DNA of 64,000 bases from Rhodoluna sp. (lineage in GTDB: Bacteria > Actinomycetota > Actinomycetes > Actinomycetales > Microbacteriaceae), in contig JAHEDR010000001.1 in assembly GCA_024641095.1 (NCBI GenBank), positions 196,387-260,386 on the forward strand. Reading direction: 5' to 3'. Shown here in pieces: positions 1 through 9,404 of the stretch. The position numbers and the translations under genes are program-made. The notes beneath the pieces were generated by a model, which was not told the DNA's origin, ran no database searches, and saw nothing but the letters and a program-made list of their open reading frames with translations. Within the stretch, counting starts at the first letter, position 1, and each line of letters opens with the position of its first letter.

Positions 1-2
1 GC

Positions 3-2900
3 CGCGCATTAGCGGGGCAAAGTTTTGCGGTTGAGACCCTGCCGGGTTGCGGCTACATTCAAACATCGGTCAACGTGGCAGCCGGATTAGTACACGATGG
101 AAAGCGCGTATTGATCGTTGCACCGCGCGAGCAAACCCTTGCAGAGATTGACGACAGATTCACTGCCATTGGCCTTAATGGTCTTGGGGTTAGAGCAGAT
201 TCAACTTGGGTTGATGTGGTCTCGGCGATTTCAAGAAACGAAAAGGCAAAACCTGATTCCGTAGATGCCGTGCGTCACGAACGCATTGCCGCTGAGCAGG
301 AACTGGATAAATACTTTGAGGCCCTAAACGCAACTGACCCAATTCTTGGGGTATCGGTTGCCCGAGTTCTTCGTGAGCTTTCAAAATTAAGTGCTCTGGC
401 CAAGCCTGCTCTGACTAGCGCGCGCATTCCCCAAGAGAAGCTGCTTGAAATTGTTGACCGTGGCACCGCATTGGAGTTGCTTGAGCAAGCATTTGAATTG
501 GGGGAGTTCAAGTTTGGTCCGCAGGACAGCGCTTGGTATCAAGCAAACTTTGTTTCACCAGAGCAGGTTGAGGTTGCGCTTGCTACGGCTAAACGTCTGC
601 AGAGCGAAACCTATCCAAAGCTTTCTGAGCAGCTAACCGAATTCACAACCAAGGTAAATTTCAAGCCAGCAGAAAGCGTTGAAGAGTGGGGTATCTACCT
701 CAAGCTATTCGTTGGCGTGCGCGAGACACTTGACCGTTTTGTAAGTGACGTTTTTGATAGACCTCTAAACGAACTGATTGCAGCAACTGCACCGCGCAAG
801 GGCGGCGAACGAAACCAAATGTCTGGTGGTAACCGTCGCCGACTAAAGAAGTTGGCCAAGGAATATCTGCGTGCGGGAATGCACGTGGCCGATCTTCACG
901 CAGCTCTAAAGTCAATTCAAGGGCAGCGCGAACTTTGGCAAAAATACTGCACGATTCCAACTGCTCCTCAGGTGCCGCTGGGAATCAACGATGCACTTGT
1001 GGCCTACCAGGGTTTCGTTGCCGACCTTGATTCAATTCAGCAGCACCTTGATCCCGACACTCACCAAAAGTCACTGGCTCAGCTTTCTCTGATTGAACTA
1101 AAACTCAAGCTTCAGTCTTTGGCTCAAGACACCGATGCCCTAGCAAACCTTGGCGAACGCTCAATGGTGATGAGCAAACTTCGTGAGGCGGGCCTTGCAG
1201 CGTTGGCGCGTGACCTGGGCAAATTGCATGTCACCAAAGAGCAGATTGAAATTGAACTTGAGCAAGCCTGGTGGCAGTCCGCGCTAGAGAGCGTTGTTGC
1301 CAGAGATTCATCGGTGTTGAATTACACACCAAAACAAATTGAAGCTAACGAACTTAGATTCCGCGCTGCCTACGATGCACAGATTGCAATGGGTGCACAA
1401 ACTGTTGCTCACGAAGCATCAATCCGCTGGAAGCAGGCGCTTGCCTCGGCACCGGCCGAAGCCGAATCACTAAAGGCCCTGCTAAAGACCCGCTCGGCCA
1501 GCCTGCCTCAGTTGGCCAACGTTGCACCAAGTATTTGGCCGGTGATCGCACCAATTGCAATGGTCAGTCCGTTTAGGGTTCCCGAAAACCTGAGTAAGTC
1601 TGAGCAATTTGATTGCCTGCTGGTTCTTGATGCCGCCGGAACCACCGTGGCCGAGAACCTTGCCGCCTTGAGCCGAGCAAAACAGGTAATAGTTTTTGGT
1701 GACGATGCGGTTGCTGCTCCAGTTGGTTTTGAAATTGAATCAAAGCCTGTGCCACTGGGTAAAGAGTTTGAATCCGCTTCTATTTTTGATGAGGTTCGGC
1801 GAGTATTTGGCGTAGAGACTCTTCGCCGAAGCTACCGAGCTACTAGCACCGCGCTTGGTGAACTTTTGAACCGTGAGTTTTATCAGAACCGAATTCAGTT
1901 CGTGCCAACGGCTGCCGAGTATCAGGGCGAGAAGTCCTTCACTCTTGAGTTGATTACCGAGGGCAACCGAGCAAAGACCACAATTGAGGGTGCCACCGAG
2001 AGTCTTGATGCCGAGCTCGAGCACACCGTTGAATTGATTTTCAATCACGCACTTTGGCACCCGCAGCAATCGCTGCTGGTTGCCAGCGCCTCGGTTGTGC
2101 ACGCCGAAAGAATTCGCACCGCTGTGAAGGTTGGCATTCAAACCAGGCCAAACCTTGCCGAATTTTTTGAGACTCACGGCCGCGAAAAGTTTGAGGTCAC
2201 AGCTATTGCAGACCTAACTCACCGCATTGCCGACCGGGTAATTTTCTCGCTAGGTTTTGGCCGAACTTCGCACGGTGCGGTGCTGTCTAACTTTGGTCAA
2301 CTTAGCCAAGAGCACGGTCGCCGCTACCTAGCCAACCTATTGGTTAGCGCAAGGGAGCAAATTACCGTGGTGAGCTGCTTCGACGCCGAGGATGTACCAA
2401 GTGACAGGCTCACCAGCGGTGCAACGCTGCTAAAAGATTTGCTATTGGCCACCAAGCAATCGGCGCAGCCAATCTCAAAGGCTAACGACCCAATGCTTGC
2501 CGATCTAAGTCTGAGACTTAAGAAACTTGGCGCAAGGGTTGATGAGACTTACTCTCGCGAGCTGCCTCTAGTTGTGTCGTTCGCAAAGACTTCTGCGGTT
2601 ATTGAACCGGACTGGTCAATCCCTGGTCAGAACCGCACCGAGAAATTCCGCATTCGCCCGGGGCTGCTAACCGCAATGGGCTGGCGCTACACCCGCGTCT
2701 ACAGCTTTGAATTATTTTCAGATCCGCAGGCAGTTGCGATTCGAATTGCAGAGAACCTAGGTATGCAGGTCACTAAGCGCCCGCTGCCACTATTTGATGC
2801 AAACGACCAGGCATTTGAAGACACCGATATTGCCTGGGGCGATAGGGGAGTTTCAAACGATTCCCGATTGCGTCAAGACAAGCCACCGCACTGGGGCTAA
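3..2900 (+). CDS. SF1 (Upf1-like) helicase-related protein, N-terminus outside the window; motifs I-III look degenerate
   Basis: The frame is open from base 3, with no stop upstream of the listed GTG at 75, so the gene starts left of the window. It has motif-like segments in helicase order: LPGCGYIQT..RVLIVAP (nt ~40-115), LLVLDAAG (1617-1640) and VIVFGDDAVAAP (1686-1721). A C-terminal PGLLTAMGWRYTRVYSFELFSDP segment resembles actinobacterial DUF4011/AAA_11-12/DUF3320-type proteins. The family is assigned from memory. Confidence 0.6.
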   Translation, partial: RALAGQSFAVETLPGCGYIQTSVNVAAGLVHDGKRVLIVAPREQTLAEIDDRFTAIGLNGLGVRADSTWVDVVSAISRNEKAKPDSVDAVRHERIAAEQELDKYFEALNATDPILGVSVARVLRELSKLSALAKPALTSARIPQEKLLEIVDRGTALELLEQAFELGEFKFGPQDSAWYQANFVSPEQVEVALATAKRLQSETYPKLSEQLTEFTTKVNFKPAESVEEWGIYLKLFVGVRETLDRFVSDVFDRPLNELIAATAPRKGGERNQMSGGNRRRLKKLAKEYLRAGMHVADLHAALKSIQGQRELWQKYCTIPTAPQVPLGINDALVAYQGFVADLDSIQQHLDPDTHQKSLAQLSLIELKLKLQSLAQDTDALANLGERSMVMSKLREAGLAALARDLGKLHVTKEQIEIELEQAWWQSALESVVARDSSVLNYTPKQIEANELRFRAAYDAQIAMGAQTVAHEASIRWKQALASAPAEAESLKALLKTRSASLPQLANVAPSIWPVIAPIAMVSPFRVPENLSKSEQFDCLLVLDAAGTTVAENLAALSRAKQVIVFGDDAVAAPVGFEIESKPVPLGKEFESASIFDEVRRVFGVETLRRSYRATSTALGELLNREFYQNRIQFVPTAAEYQGEKSFTLELITEGNRAKTTIEGATESLDAELEHTVELIFNHALWHPQQSLLVASASVVHAERIRTAVKVGIQTRPNLAEFFETHGREKFEVTAIADLTHRIADRVIFSLGFGRTSHGAVLSNFGQLSQEHGRRYLANLLVSAREQITVVSCFDAEDVPSDRLTSGATLLKDLLLATKQSAQPISKANDPMLADLSLRLKKLGARVDETYSRELPLVVSFAKTSAVIEPDWSIPGQNRTEKFRIRPGLLTAMGWRYTRVYSFELFSDPQAVAIRIAENLGMQVTKRPLPLFDANDQAFEDTDIAWGDRGVSNDSRLRQDKPPHWG

Positions 2901-2904
2901 AAGA

Positions 2905-3102
2905 TTATTCGGACTTCTTTGATCCGGAACCAGAATCGTTGCGGTAGAAACCGCTGCCCTTGAAAGTCACTCCAACTTGACCAAACACCTTGCGAAGTTC
3001 GCCGCCACACTCAGGGCAAATAGTTAGCGAAGATTCACTAAGTGACTGCTGAATGTCAAAGGTGTGCTGGCATTGCTTGCAAGCGTAGGAGTAGGTAGGC
3101 AC
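2905..3102 (-). CDS. FmdB-family zinc-ribbon protein
   Basis: 65 aa starting MPTYSYACKQC, with two CxxC pairs (CKQC, CPEC) and a Gly/Ser-rich tail. This is the typical FmdB/CxxC_CxxC_SSSS pattern. Confidence 0.85.
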   Translation of the reverse strand: MPTYSYACKQCQHTFDIQQSLSESSLTICPECGGELRKVFGQVGVTFKGSGFYRNDSGSGSKKSE

Positions 3103-3106
3103 GGTT

Positions 3107-3685
3107 CTATTTTAACCGGTTGGTTATATGAGTAATACCGCTTTCGGTAACCACTGCATCTACTGGGTGGTCATGTTCTTCGCCGGGCACGTGCTCAAGA
3201 AATTCATTTGAGTAAATCACTGCCACCACCGGCGGCACCGGAGTGAATTCTGGAAGCGCGCGATCGTAGTAGCCCTTACCTTTACCCAATCGGATTCCGG
3301 CCTTACTAACGGCAAGCGCAGGAACAACAACTAGGTCCACATTCCTAGGTTCGGTGGCTGTGCCAGCTGCCTCGTGGAATCCAAAAATTCCCGGTTGAGT
3401 TTCACCGGTAAAAGGCACCCACTCCAAAGAGCCATCGTGCTTTGAGACCGGAAGTAAAACTTCAATTGAGTTATCAAGCGCCCAATCCAAAAACAACTCA
3501 ACATCCGGTTCATCACCAAAGGGGAGGTAGCAGGCAATTTTTTGTGCGCCATTAGCCAAACAAATTTCTGCAAGGTGAATGTTGAACTCGGCGGCGAGGT
3601 CTGGGTTGTACTCGCGTGAGGCACGTTGAACCTTTAGCTGAGTTCGCAATGAGGCTTTATCGCCTGCGCCTTCTTTTAGAGTCAT
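3107..3685 (-). CDS. 5-formyltetrahydrofolate cyclo-ligase
   Basis: Has YLPFGDEPD and GKGKGYYDR motifs. The ORF is open to 3730, but I prefer the ATG at 3685 because it avoids overlap with the divergent GNAT gene. Confidence 0.8.
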   Translation of the reverse strand: MTLKEGAGDKASLRTQLKVQRASREYNPDLAAEFNIHLAEICLANGAQKIACYLPFGDEPDVELFLDWALDNSIEVLLPVSKHDGSLEWVPFTGETQPGIFGFHEAAGTATEPRNVDLVVVPALAVSKAGIRLGKGKGYYDRALPEFTPVPPVVAVIYSNEFLEHVPGEEHDHPVDAVVTESGITHITNRLK

Positions 3686-3703
3686 GGCACTAATCTTGCC
3701 ATC

Positions 3704-4318
3704 GTGGCCAATAATTTTGCACTCATTCACAATGACATCACCGTAAGGGTTGTGAAAGTTCGCGATGCCAAAAAAATTGAACGTTTAGTTCTAGGTAATC
3801 GTGAGTGGCTAAAGCCCTGGGAGGCCACCAACCCTGAAGGCCCAAACTCATTTGATTTCAAAGGCCAAATTCGCGGCTTGCTTCGTCAAATGAGTAATCA
3901 GCAAGGGTTGCCACTTGTAATGGAATACCAGGGTCAGATAGTTGGCCAACTAAATGTTTCGAATATTTATTTTGGTTCTGTCTCTAGCGCCATTCTTGGT
4001 TATTGGATTGCGCCCGAATTTGCAGGTAAATCAATTACTCCAATTTCGGTTGCGCTCACCAGCGACTATTTATTCAATGTGATTGGTCTACACAGAGTTG
4101 AAATAGCCATACGCCCAGAGAACGCGGCTTCACTTCGAATCGTTGAGAAGCTTGGCTTCAGATACGAGGGCCTGAAGGAGCGTTTCATTCACATCAACGG
4201 TGATTGGCGAGACCACTTTATATTTGCCCTCACCTATGAAGAGGTGCGCGAAGGTTTACTAAACCGATTCACCCAAAACCGTGTGCCACAAATTACGTAT
4301 CCGTATAAAAAGTCATGA
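3704..4318 (+). CDS. GNAT family N-acetyltransferase (RimJ/RimL-like)
   Basis: HRVEIAIRPENAASLRIVEKLGFRYEG and the overall layout match ribosomal-protein-type GNAT acetyltransferases. GTG start. Confidence 0.8.
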   Translation: MANNFALIHNDITVRVVKVRDAKKIERLVLGNREWLKPWEATNPEGPNSFDFKGQIRGLLRQMSNQQGLPLVMEYQGQIVGQLNVSNIYFGSVSSAILGYWIAPEFAGKSITPISVALTSDYLFNVIGLHRVEIAIRPENAASLRIVEKLGFRYEGLKERFIHINGDWRDHFIFALTYEEVREGLLNRFTQNRVPQITYPYKKS

Positions 4319-4386
4319 AAACTGCAGCGGGAACACACCTACTTAAATGTCCCAACCAGACCCTTATTGCTCCTAGCGTTTAACTT

Positions 4387-5049
4387 ATGAATTTCAACGG
4401 CTCGGGTGGACTGATGTTTCTCATCATCGCCGGGCTATGGCTTTGGGTCTTCGTGCCGTCCTGGTTTAAAAGAAGTCAAGATCGCCAGGTAGAGCGCTCC
4501 ACCATCAAGCAGGTTCGCTCCGAGATCCAAACTGTCAAGAGCGCACCCCAGGGGTCGGCCATTTCTAACATCGCCGAACAGAATTTCCGACTTACCCTCA
4601 CTCGAAGGATTTTTGCCGCTATCGCTTTTTTTGCGTTCGTCGCAGCAATTGGGTCTGTTTTTGCAGCTGTGTCGCAAATTTTTTATTGGATTGTTACGTT
4701 TATTTTTTCGGTCATTTTTACCGTCTCTTTTGCTATTTCAAGAGCCGCAAAACGTAAGAGTCTGCAGGTTATTTCAAAAGCTTCTAAGAGCAGGTCTTCT
4801 ATTTACGCAGCATCGGCAAACGCTATGCGTGGCCTGGATGCACAAAGTGTGATCGCTGGAAACCCAGTAGATATAAGGGCTTGGGAGCCTAACCCGCTAC
4901 CTGCCCCTAAACAAAGAATTGGTGAGTTGCAGACGCCAACTCTTGCCGAGGTAGTTGAAATTGAGGAGCGAGTGGCAAAAAAGCCAAACGTAACTTTGGA
5001 TTCAACTGCTCTCGATGAGATTTTGCGTAGACGACGCGCCAATGGGTAG
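4387..5049 (+). CDS. hypothetical membrane protein
   Basis: Has an N-terminal hydrophobic segment (LMFLIIAGLWLWVFVPSW) and two central TM-like segments. I recognise no family. The start could be the internal ATG at codon 10. Confidence 0.5.
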   Translation: MNFNGSGGLMFLIIAGLWLWVFVPSWFKRSQDRQVERSTIKQVRSEIQTVKSAPQGSAISNIAEQNFRLTLTRRIFAAIAFFAFVAAIGSVFAAVSQIFYWIVTFIFSVIFTVSFAISRAAKRKSLQVISKASKSRSSIYAASANAMRGLDAQSVIAGNPVDIRAWEPNPLPAPKQRIGELQTPTLAEVVEIEERVAKKPNVTLDSTALDEILRRRRANG

Positions 5050-5142
5050 TGCTTGCAAAAAAGAACTATCATCCCCAAATTCAATACTGATAGCACTAAA
5101 GTTTTAAACGATTCCGCATCATGAATTTCAGGAGAAAAAAGT

Positions 5143-5856
5143 ATGGGGATTTTCAATAACGCAAAGAAGCTCTTTGAGAAAAACGCAGAGAGCATCGCAA
5201 AGGATGCTGGCAAGATTGCCGCCGAAGTCGTTGACGAGGTAGCACATGCCGCAGCCGACCTAGAAAAGAAAGTGGATCAAACCGTGAAAAAAGTTGAAAA
5301 GAAGGCTACTAAGGCAGTTAAGACTGCAAGCAAGTCAGCTTCAAAGGCAACCAAGACTGCAGGTACTGCAGTAAAGAAGGCTGCTTCAACCGCTAAGAAG
5401 GCAACTGCTGCTAAGAAGCCAGCTGCTAAGAAGGCTGTTGCGAAGAAGACTGTTGCAAAGAAGACTGTTGCAAAGAAGGCAGCTCCTAAGAAGGCAGTAG
5501 CGAAGAAGGCTCCTGCAAAGAAGACTGTTGCTAAGAAGACTGTTGCAAAGAAGGCAGCTCCTAAGAAGGCAGTAGCAAAGAAGTCTCCTGCAAAGAAGAC
5601 TGTTGCAAAGAAGGCAGCTCCTAAGAAGGCAGTAGCAAAGAAGTCTCCTGCAAAGAAGACTGTTGCTAAGAAGACTGTTGCAAAGAAGGCAGCTCCTAAG
5701 AAGGCAGTAGCAAAGAAGTCTCCTGCAAAGAAGACTGTTGCTAAGAAGACTGTTGCAAAGAAGGCAGCTCCTAAGAAGGCTGTTGCAAAGAAGGCTGCAC
5801 CTAAGAAGACTGCTGCGCGCAAGCCAGCAGCTCGCAAGGTAGCAAAGAAGAAATAA
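5143..5856 (+). CDS. Lys/Ala-rich histone H1-like (HC2/Hlp-tail-like) repetitive basic protein
   Basis: A strong SD (AGGAG) lies 8 nt upstream of the ATG. A ~60-aa helical N-terminus is followed by ~35 pentapeptide repeats of the type (A/T/S)(V/P/A)AKK. A clean terminator follows. Confidence 0.7.
   Translation: MGIFNNAKKLFEKNAESIAKDAGKIAAEVVDEVAHAAADLEKKVDQTVKKVEKKATKAVKTASKSASKATKTAGTAVKKAASTAKKATAAKKPAAKKAVAKKTVAKKTVAKKAAPKKAVAKKAPAKKTVAKKTVAKKAAPKKAVAKKSPAKKTVAKKAAPKKAVAKKSPAKKTVAKKTVAKKAAPKKAVAKKSPAKKTVAKKTVAKKAAPKKAVAKKAAPKKTAARKPAARKVAKKK
5407..5811 (+). repeat. In-gene hierarchical tandem repeat (15-nt AAGAAGnnnnnnGCA units; 75-nt higher-order units)
   Basis: 5641-5715 and 5716-5790 are near-identical 75-mers. 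5581-5640 is the same unit lacking one 15-nt subunit, and 5506-5580 is a slightly diverged copy. Confidence 0.9.
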
Positions 5857-5873
5857 TTCTTCCCAACCTTTAT

Positions 5874-5908
5874 AAAAAGAACCCTGCCGATTGGCAGGGT
5901 TCTTTTTT
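5874..5908. terminator. Bidirectional rho-independent terminator
   Basis: AAAAA-GAACCCTGCC-GATT-GGCAGGGTTC-TTTTTT. The stem is a perfect 10 bp, flanked by an A-tract and a T-tract, and sits between convergent genes. Confidence 0.85.
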
Positions 5909-5916
5909 GTTAACTC

Positions 5917-6810
5917 TTATTTATTGACTACCCAGGCAGCAGCCTTGGTCAAGGTATCGTGCTGAAACACGAACCCGGTGTCTAAAAGTTTTTGAGCCGA
6001 CATGTTTTGGCTGCAAAGCAACAGTTCGCTGGCTGCTTCACCAAATGCCAACTTCAAAGCAAATGCAGGTACCGGTACAAATGCTGGTCGCTTTAGTTCT
6101 TTTGCCAGAGCCTTCACAATGTCGTGGCAGGTTGCCGGTTGCGGGGCAGTCAAGTTGAATGCACCACTTGCGTTTGGCTCATTGATCAGGTGAATGATTG
6201 CCGCAGCCTCGTCAACCTGACTGATCCAAGCCCACCATTGTTTACCCGAGCCAAGTGGGCCACCAACTCCAAGTTTGATCATTGGCAACAGGCGGCCCAA
6301 GGCGCCTAGCTTGCGTGACATCACCATTGTTGTTCTGGCCAGAACCACGCGAACCCCAGCCGGTGCCTTGAGCGCTTCTTGCTCCCACTGGAATGCAAGG
6401 TCACTTAGAAAGCCGGTGCCCTTTGGTGCAAATTCATTCAGTACCTGGTTGCCTGCGTCACCGTAAAAGCCAGATGCGGATCCGCTAACGAAAACCTTTG
6501 GTTTGTTTTTTGCCTTACTCATGGCTTCAACCAGAGTTCGGGTAGACATCAATCTTGAGTTGATGATTTCTTGTTTATAGGTTTTGGTCCAAGGGAGTTT
6601 TCCTGTGGTGGCACCAGCCATATTCACAACCGCGTCTACGGTTTCCATGATGCCGTCTTGCAAGAATCCGGCAGCCGGGTTCCATTCCACCTCGTCGGGT
6701 TTCACGGCCTTGCGACGCACCAGCTTTAGTGGCTCGTGACCAAGGGCACTAAGTTGCCTAGCAACCTCTGAGCCAACCAGGCCCGTTGCTCCAGAAATTA
6801 ATACTCTCAT
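5917..6810 (-). CDS. TIGR01777-family NAD-dependent epimerase/dehydratase-like protein (YfcH/SDR39U1-like)
   Basis: N-terminal MRVLISGATGLVGSEV Rossmann motif, ~297 aa, with a C-terminal DUF1731-like region. Confidence 0.8.
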   Translation of the reverse strand: MRVLISGATGLVGSEVARQLSALGHEPLKLVRRKAVKPDEVEWNPAAGFLQDGIMETVDAVVNMAGATTGKLPWTKTYKQEIINSRLMSTRTLVEAMSKAKNKPKVFVSGSASGFYGDAGNQVLNEFAPKGTGFLSDLAFQWEQEALKAPAGVRVVLARTTMVMSRKLGALGRLLPMIKLGVGGPLGSGKQWWAWISQVDEAAAIIHLINEPNASGAFNLTAPQPATCHDIVKALAKELKRPAFVPVPAFALKLAFGEAASELLLCSQNMSAQKLLDTGFVFQHDTLTKAAAWVVNK

Positions 6811-7638
6811 TTAGAACTCATCCGGGTTTGGGCCGGTTCTTAGTCCGGCATCAAGGGTTGCCATTGCTGCAAGATCTTCGTTATCGAGTTTGAAATCAAA
6901 CACCGATATGTTCTCGAGCAATCTAGAAGCGGTAGCGGTCTTTGGAATCACCAGGTTGCCGAGGTCAATGTGCCAACGAACCACAACCTGGGTTGGAGTC
7001 TTTCCGTGCTTCTTTGCAATCGCAGTGACCACCGGATCGTCATTGAAACGGCCACGAGCAAGCGGAGACCAGGCCTCGGTTGCAATTGAGTGCTTGGCAT
7101 TAAACGCACGAAGCTCGTTCTGCTGCAAACCCGGGTGAAGTTCAATCTGGTTCATTGCCGGCACGGTGCCACCGGCCGCCAGTAGCTGCTCAAGGTGGTT
7201 TGGCTGGAAATTAGAAACTCCAATGCCGCGAATTTTTCCTGACTCCATGGCCTTCTGAAAAGCCGCCCAGGTCTCTACAAAAAGATTCAGTTGTGGCTTT
7301 GGCCAGTGAATCATCAGCATGTCTACGTAATCAATGTTTAGGCGTTGAAGGCTTTCGTCAATTGCTTCAAGTGCACGATCGTAGCCCTGGTCTTCGTTCC
7401 AAATCTTTGTGGTCACAAAGATCTCTTCGCGAGGCAATCCGCAGCTGCGAACACCTGCGCCAATCTCTTCTTCGTTTCCGTAAAAGGCCGCGGTATCAAT
7501 TCGGCGGTAACCGGTTTCAATGGCTTCGCGAATTAACCCCTCGGCAATATCGGTTGGCAGTTTATAAACTCCCAAACCAAGCTGTGGAATGATTTGGCCG
7601 TTGTTCAGGGTGAGGGTGGGGCTAAGAATTTGACTCAT
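6811..7638 (-). CDS. aldo/keto reductase (2,5-diketo-D-gluconate reductase-like)
   Basis: LGLGVYK, DTAAFYGNEEEIG, IGVSNF and PLARG motifs. I chose the ATG at 7638 (MSQILSP...), which has GGAG upstream and lies 2 nt after the YciI stop. Its stop directly abuts the next ATG (TAAATG). Confidence 0.85.
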   Translation of the reverse strand: MSQILSPTLTLNNGQIIPQLGLGVYKLPTDIAEGLIREAIETGYRRIDTAAFYGNEEEIGAGVRSCGLPREEIFVTTKIWNEDQGYDRALEAIDESLQRLNIDYVDMLMIHWPKPQLNLFVETWAAFQKAMESGKIRGIGVSNFQPNHLEQLLAAGGTVPAMNQIELHPGLQQNELRAFNAKHSIATEAWSPLARGRFNDDPVVTAIAKKHGKTPTQVVVRWHIDLGNLVIPKTATASRLLENISVFDFKLDNEDLAAMATLDAGLRTGPNPDEF

Positions 7639-7640
7639 GC

Positions 7641-7919
7641 TTAACTCCAAGGCCCAAATAGTGGATTCCATTCCTCAATTACTCTTTCGCCAATGCAACC
7701 GGCGATGTCAATTGGGTCGTGGTCTAGTAATTCGGCCAAACCTTTTAGCGAATCAAACTTCCAAATCAAAAGCGCGCTTGAAGAATCAACCATTGGGCCA
7801 CTGGCCAATAGGGTTCCATCGGCTAGGCGATCGGCTAGCCATTCTCGGTGAATGGGGCGCACCTCGGCAAGGTGCTCGGGGGAGGCTGAGTAAAAGTATT
7901 TAACGGCAAATGTAGGCAT
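7641..7919 (-). CDS. YciI family protein
   Basis: 92 aa. MPTFAVKYFY...HREWL...G.LLASGP is the typical YciI-like layout. Confidence 0.7.
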   Translation of the reverse strand: MPTFAVKYFYSASPEHLAEVRPIHREWLADRLADGTLLASGPMVDSSSALLIWKFDSLKGLAELLDHDPIDIAGCIGERVIEEWNPLFGPWS

Positions 7920-7937
7920 GCCACCAGCCTAGGGTGG

Positions 7938-9398
7938 TCAGATCCAGCTAGGCAGCCACATGTGCAGGTGCCAGTACCAATAAGGGGTCCAGGTGCCAAT
8001 CCAAATCGGCAAGAAGAACATTGTGCCCGCTAGCGCCAGCAGCAGGTATAGGTAGAACCAGCCCTGAGCTCTAATCGGGCGAACCGCATTGCTCACGTAA
8101 TGACGTGCCACAAAAAGCAGCGCCAAAATCATCCAAGGCAAAAACGCAATTGCGTAGAACTGGAAGGTGGTGCGGTGCATGTAGAAAATCCACGGCAAGT
8201 AACCGCCGGCAAGTCCAAGCAAGATTAAGCCGGCCAAGCGCTCGCGAGTTTTTGCGTACCAAACTGCAACAAAAAACACCGATGCCGCCGCTGGCCACCA
8301 GATGAACGGATTACCGAGTGCTGTGATTGCGCTCGAACAACCATCTGCAGAAAGACAACCGTTTTCGCCGTACTTCAAACCCTCGTAAAAGAAACTTGTT
8401 GGTCTTATTGCAAACAACCAGCTGAGTGGGTTTGATGCATAGGCGTGTGGGGCCGCCAGAGCCACGTGAAAGCCATAGGCGGCCTTGTGGTACTCAATCA
8501 GTGAGGTAAACCAGTTATCGGTGGCGTTGCGGTCGTAGCCGCCAGCAGTGAGAATCCAGCCGGTCCAGCTAATTAGGTAAACAAAAAGCGTGATTGGAAC
8601 CATCTGCAAAAAAGTTGCCGCACCCTGTTTGATGAACCCTGCGGTGAGCCAATCTTTTTGACCTGCAGCACGCCTTGCCACCGCTTCGCTAACCACAATG
8701 TAAATTCCAAACGCTGCCAAGAAATACAAACCCGACCACTTGACTGCAGTTGCCGCACCAAGCGCCAAGCCGGCGGCAATTAGCCAAGGCCTGAACCAAA
8801 CAACTACGTCAATGTTTCGTAGCGCCTGATCTTTCAAAACGAAGTAAAAAGCCAAAAGCACGAAGAACATCAGGGTGCTGTCTAGCAGCGCGGTGCGTGC
8901 CAAAACAATTGCGTGTCCATCAATTGCAAATAGGAACCCGGCGGCAATTGCCCAGCCCTGTGACTTAAACAGAAGCTTGGCAACCAACATCAAAAGCGCA
9001 ACCGATGCAATGCCAATTAGCGCGGTACTAATGCGCCAGGAAAAAGAATTCTCGGCACCGAAAAGCCACATGCCAAAACCAATGAGCCATTTACCCAGTG
9101 GCGGGTGAACTACAAAACTTGGATCGCTCAGGTAGTTATTTACCTGCCCAGCTTCAAACGCAAGGTTTGGATCCTGCGGCCAAGCCTTCTCGGTTCCGGT
9201 ATTCCACAGAGTCCAAGCGTCTTTTACGTAGTAGGTCTCATCAAAAACGAGCTTGCTTGGGTAGCCCAATTGCCAAAGCCTAAGGAAGGCTGCCAGTGCA
9301 ATCACGGCCCAAGGCGCAAAGTTGTCAATCAGTTTGCGAGCTCGCGTGCCATTCAAAAAGTTGATGAAAGAAGTAATCACAGCCCTAATGCTAGACAA
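7938..9398 (-). CDS. pmt: PMT-family protein O-mannosyltransferase / phospholipid carrier-dependent glycosyltransferase
   Basis: Polytopic membrane protein with an N-terminal FDETYYVKDAW loop motif. It is divergent from rsmI, as in other actinobacteria. The TTG start at 9398 is uncertain; GTG at 9383 is an alternative. Confidence 0.8.
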   Translation of the reverse strand: MSSIRAVITSFINFLNGTRARKLIDNFAPWAVIALAAFLRLWQLGYPSKLVFDETYYVKDAWTLWNTGTEKAWPQDPNLAFEAGQVNNYLSDPSFVVHPPLGKWLIGFGMWLFGAENSFSWRISTALIGIASVALLMLVAKLLFKSQGWAIAAGFLFAIDGHAIVLARTALLDSTLMFFVLLAFYFVLKDQALRNIDVVVWFRPWLIAAGLALGAATAVKWSGLYFLAAFGIYIVVSEAVARRAAGQKDWLTAGFIKQGAATFLQMVPITLFVYLISWTGWILTAGGYDRNATDNWFTSLIEYHKAAYGFHVALAAPHAYASNPLSWLFAIRPTSFFYEGLKYGENGCLSADGCSSAITALGNPFIWWPAAASVFFVAVWYAKTRERLAGLILLGLAGGYLPWIFYMHRTTFQFYAIAFLPWMILALLFVARHYVSNAVRPIRAQGWFYLYLLLALAGTMFFLPIWIGTWTPYWYWHLHMWLPSWI

Positions 9399-9404
9399 TA
9401 GAGC

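Noticed and set aside
5277-5837. 186-aa minus-strand ORF ([14 protein letters not shown] repeats)
   Set aside because: It is the reverse-complement reading of the AAGAAG..GCA repeats of the Lys/Ala-rich gene. The sense gene has an SD and terminator, and the antisense ORF has neither.
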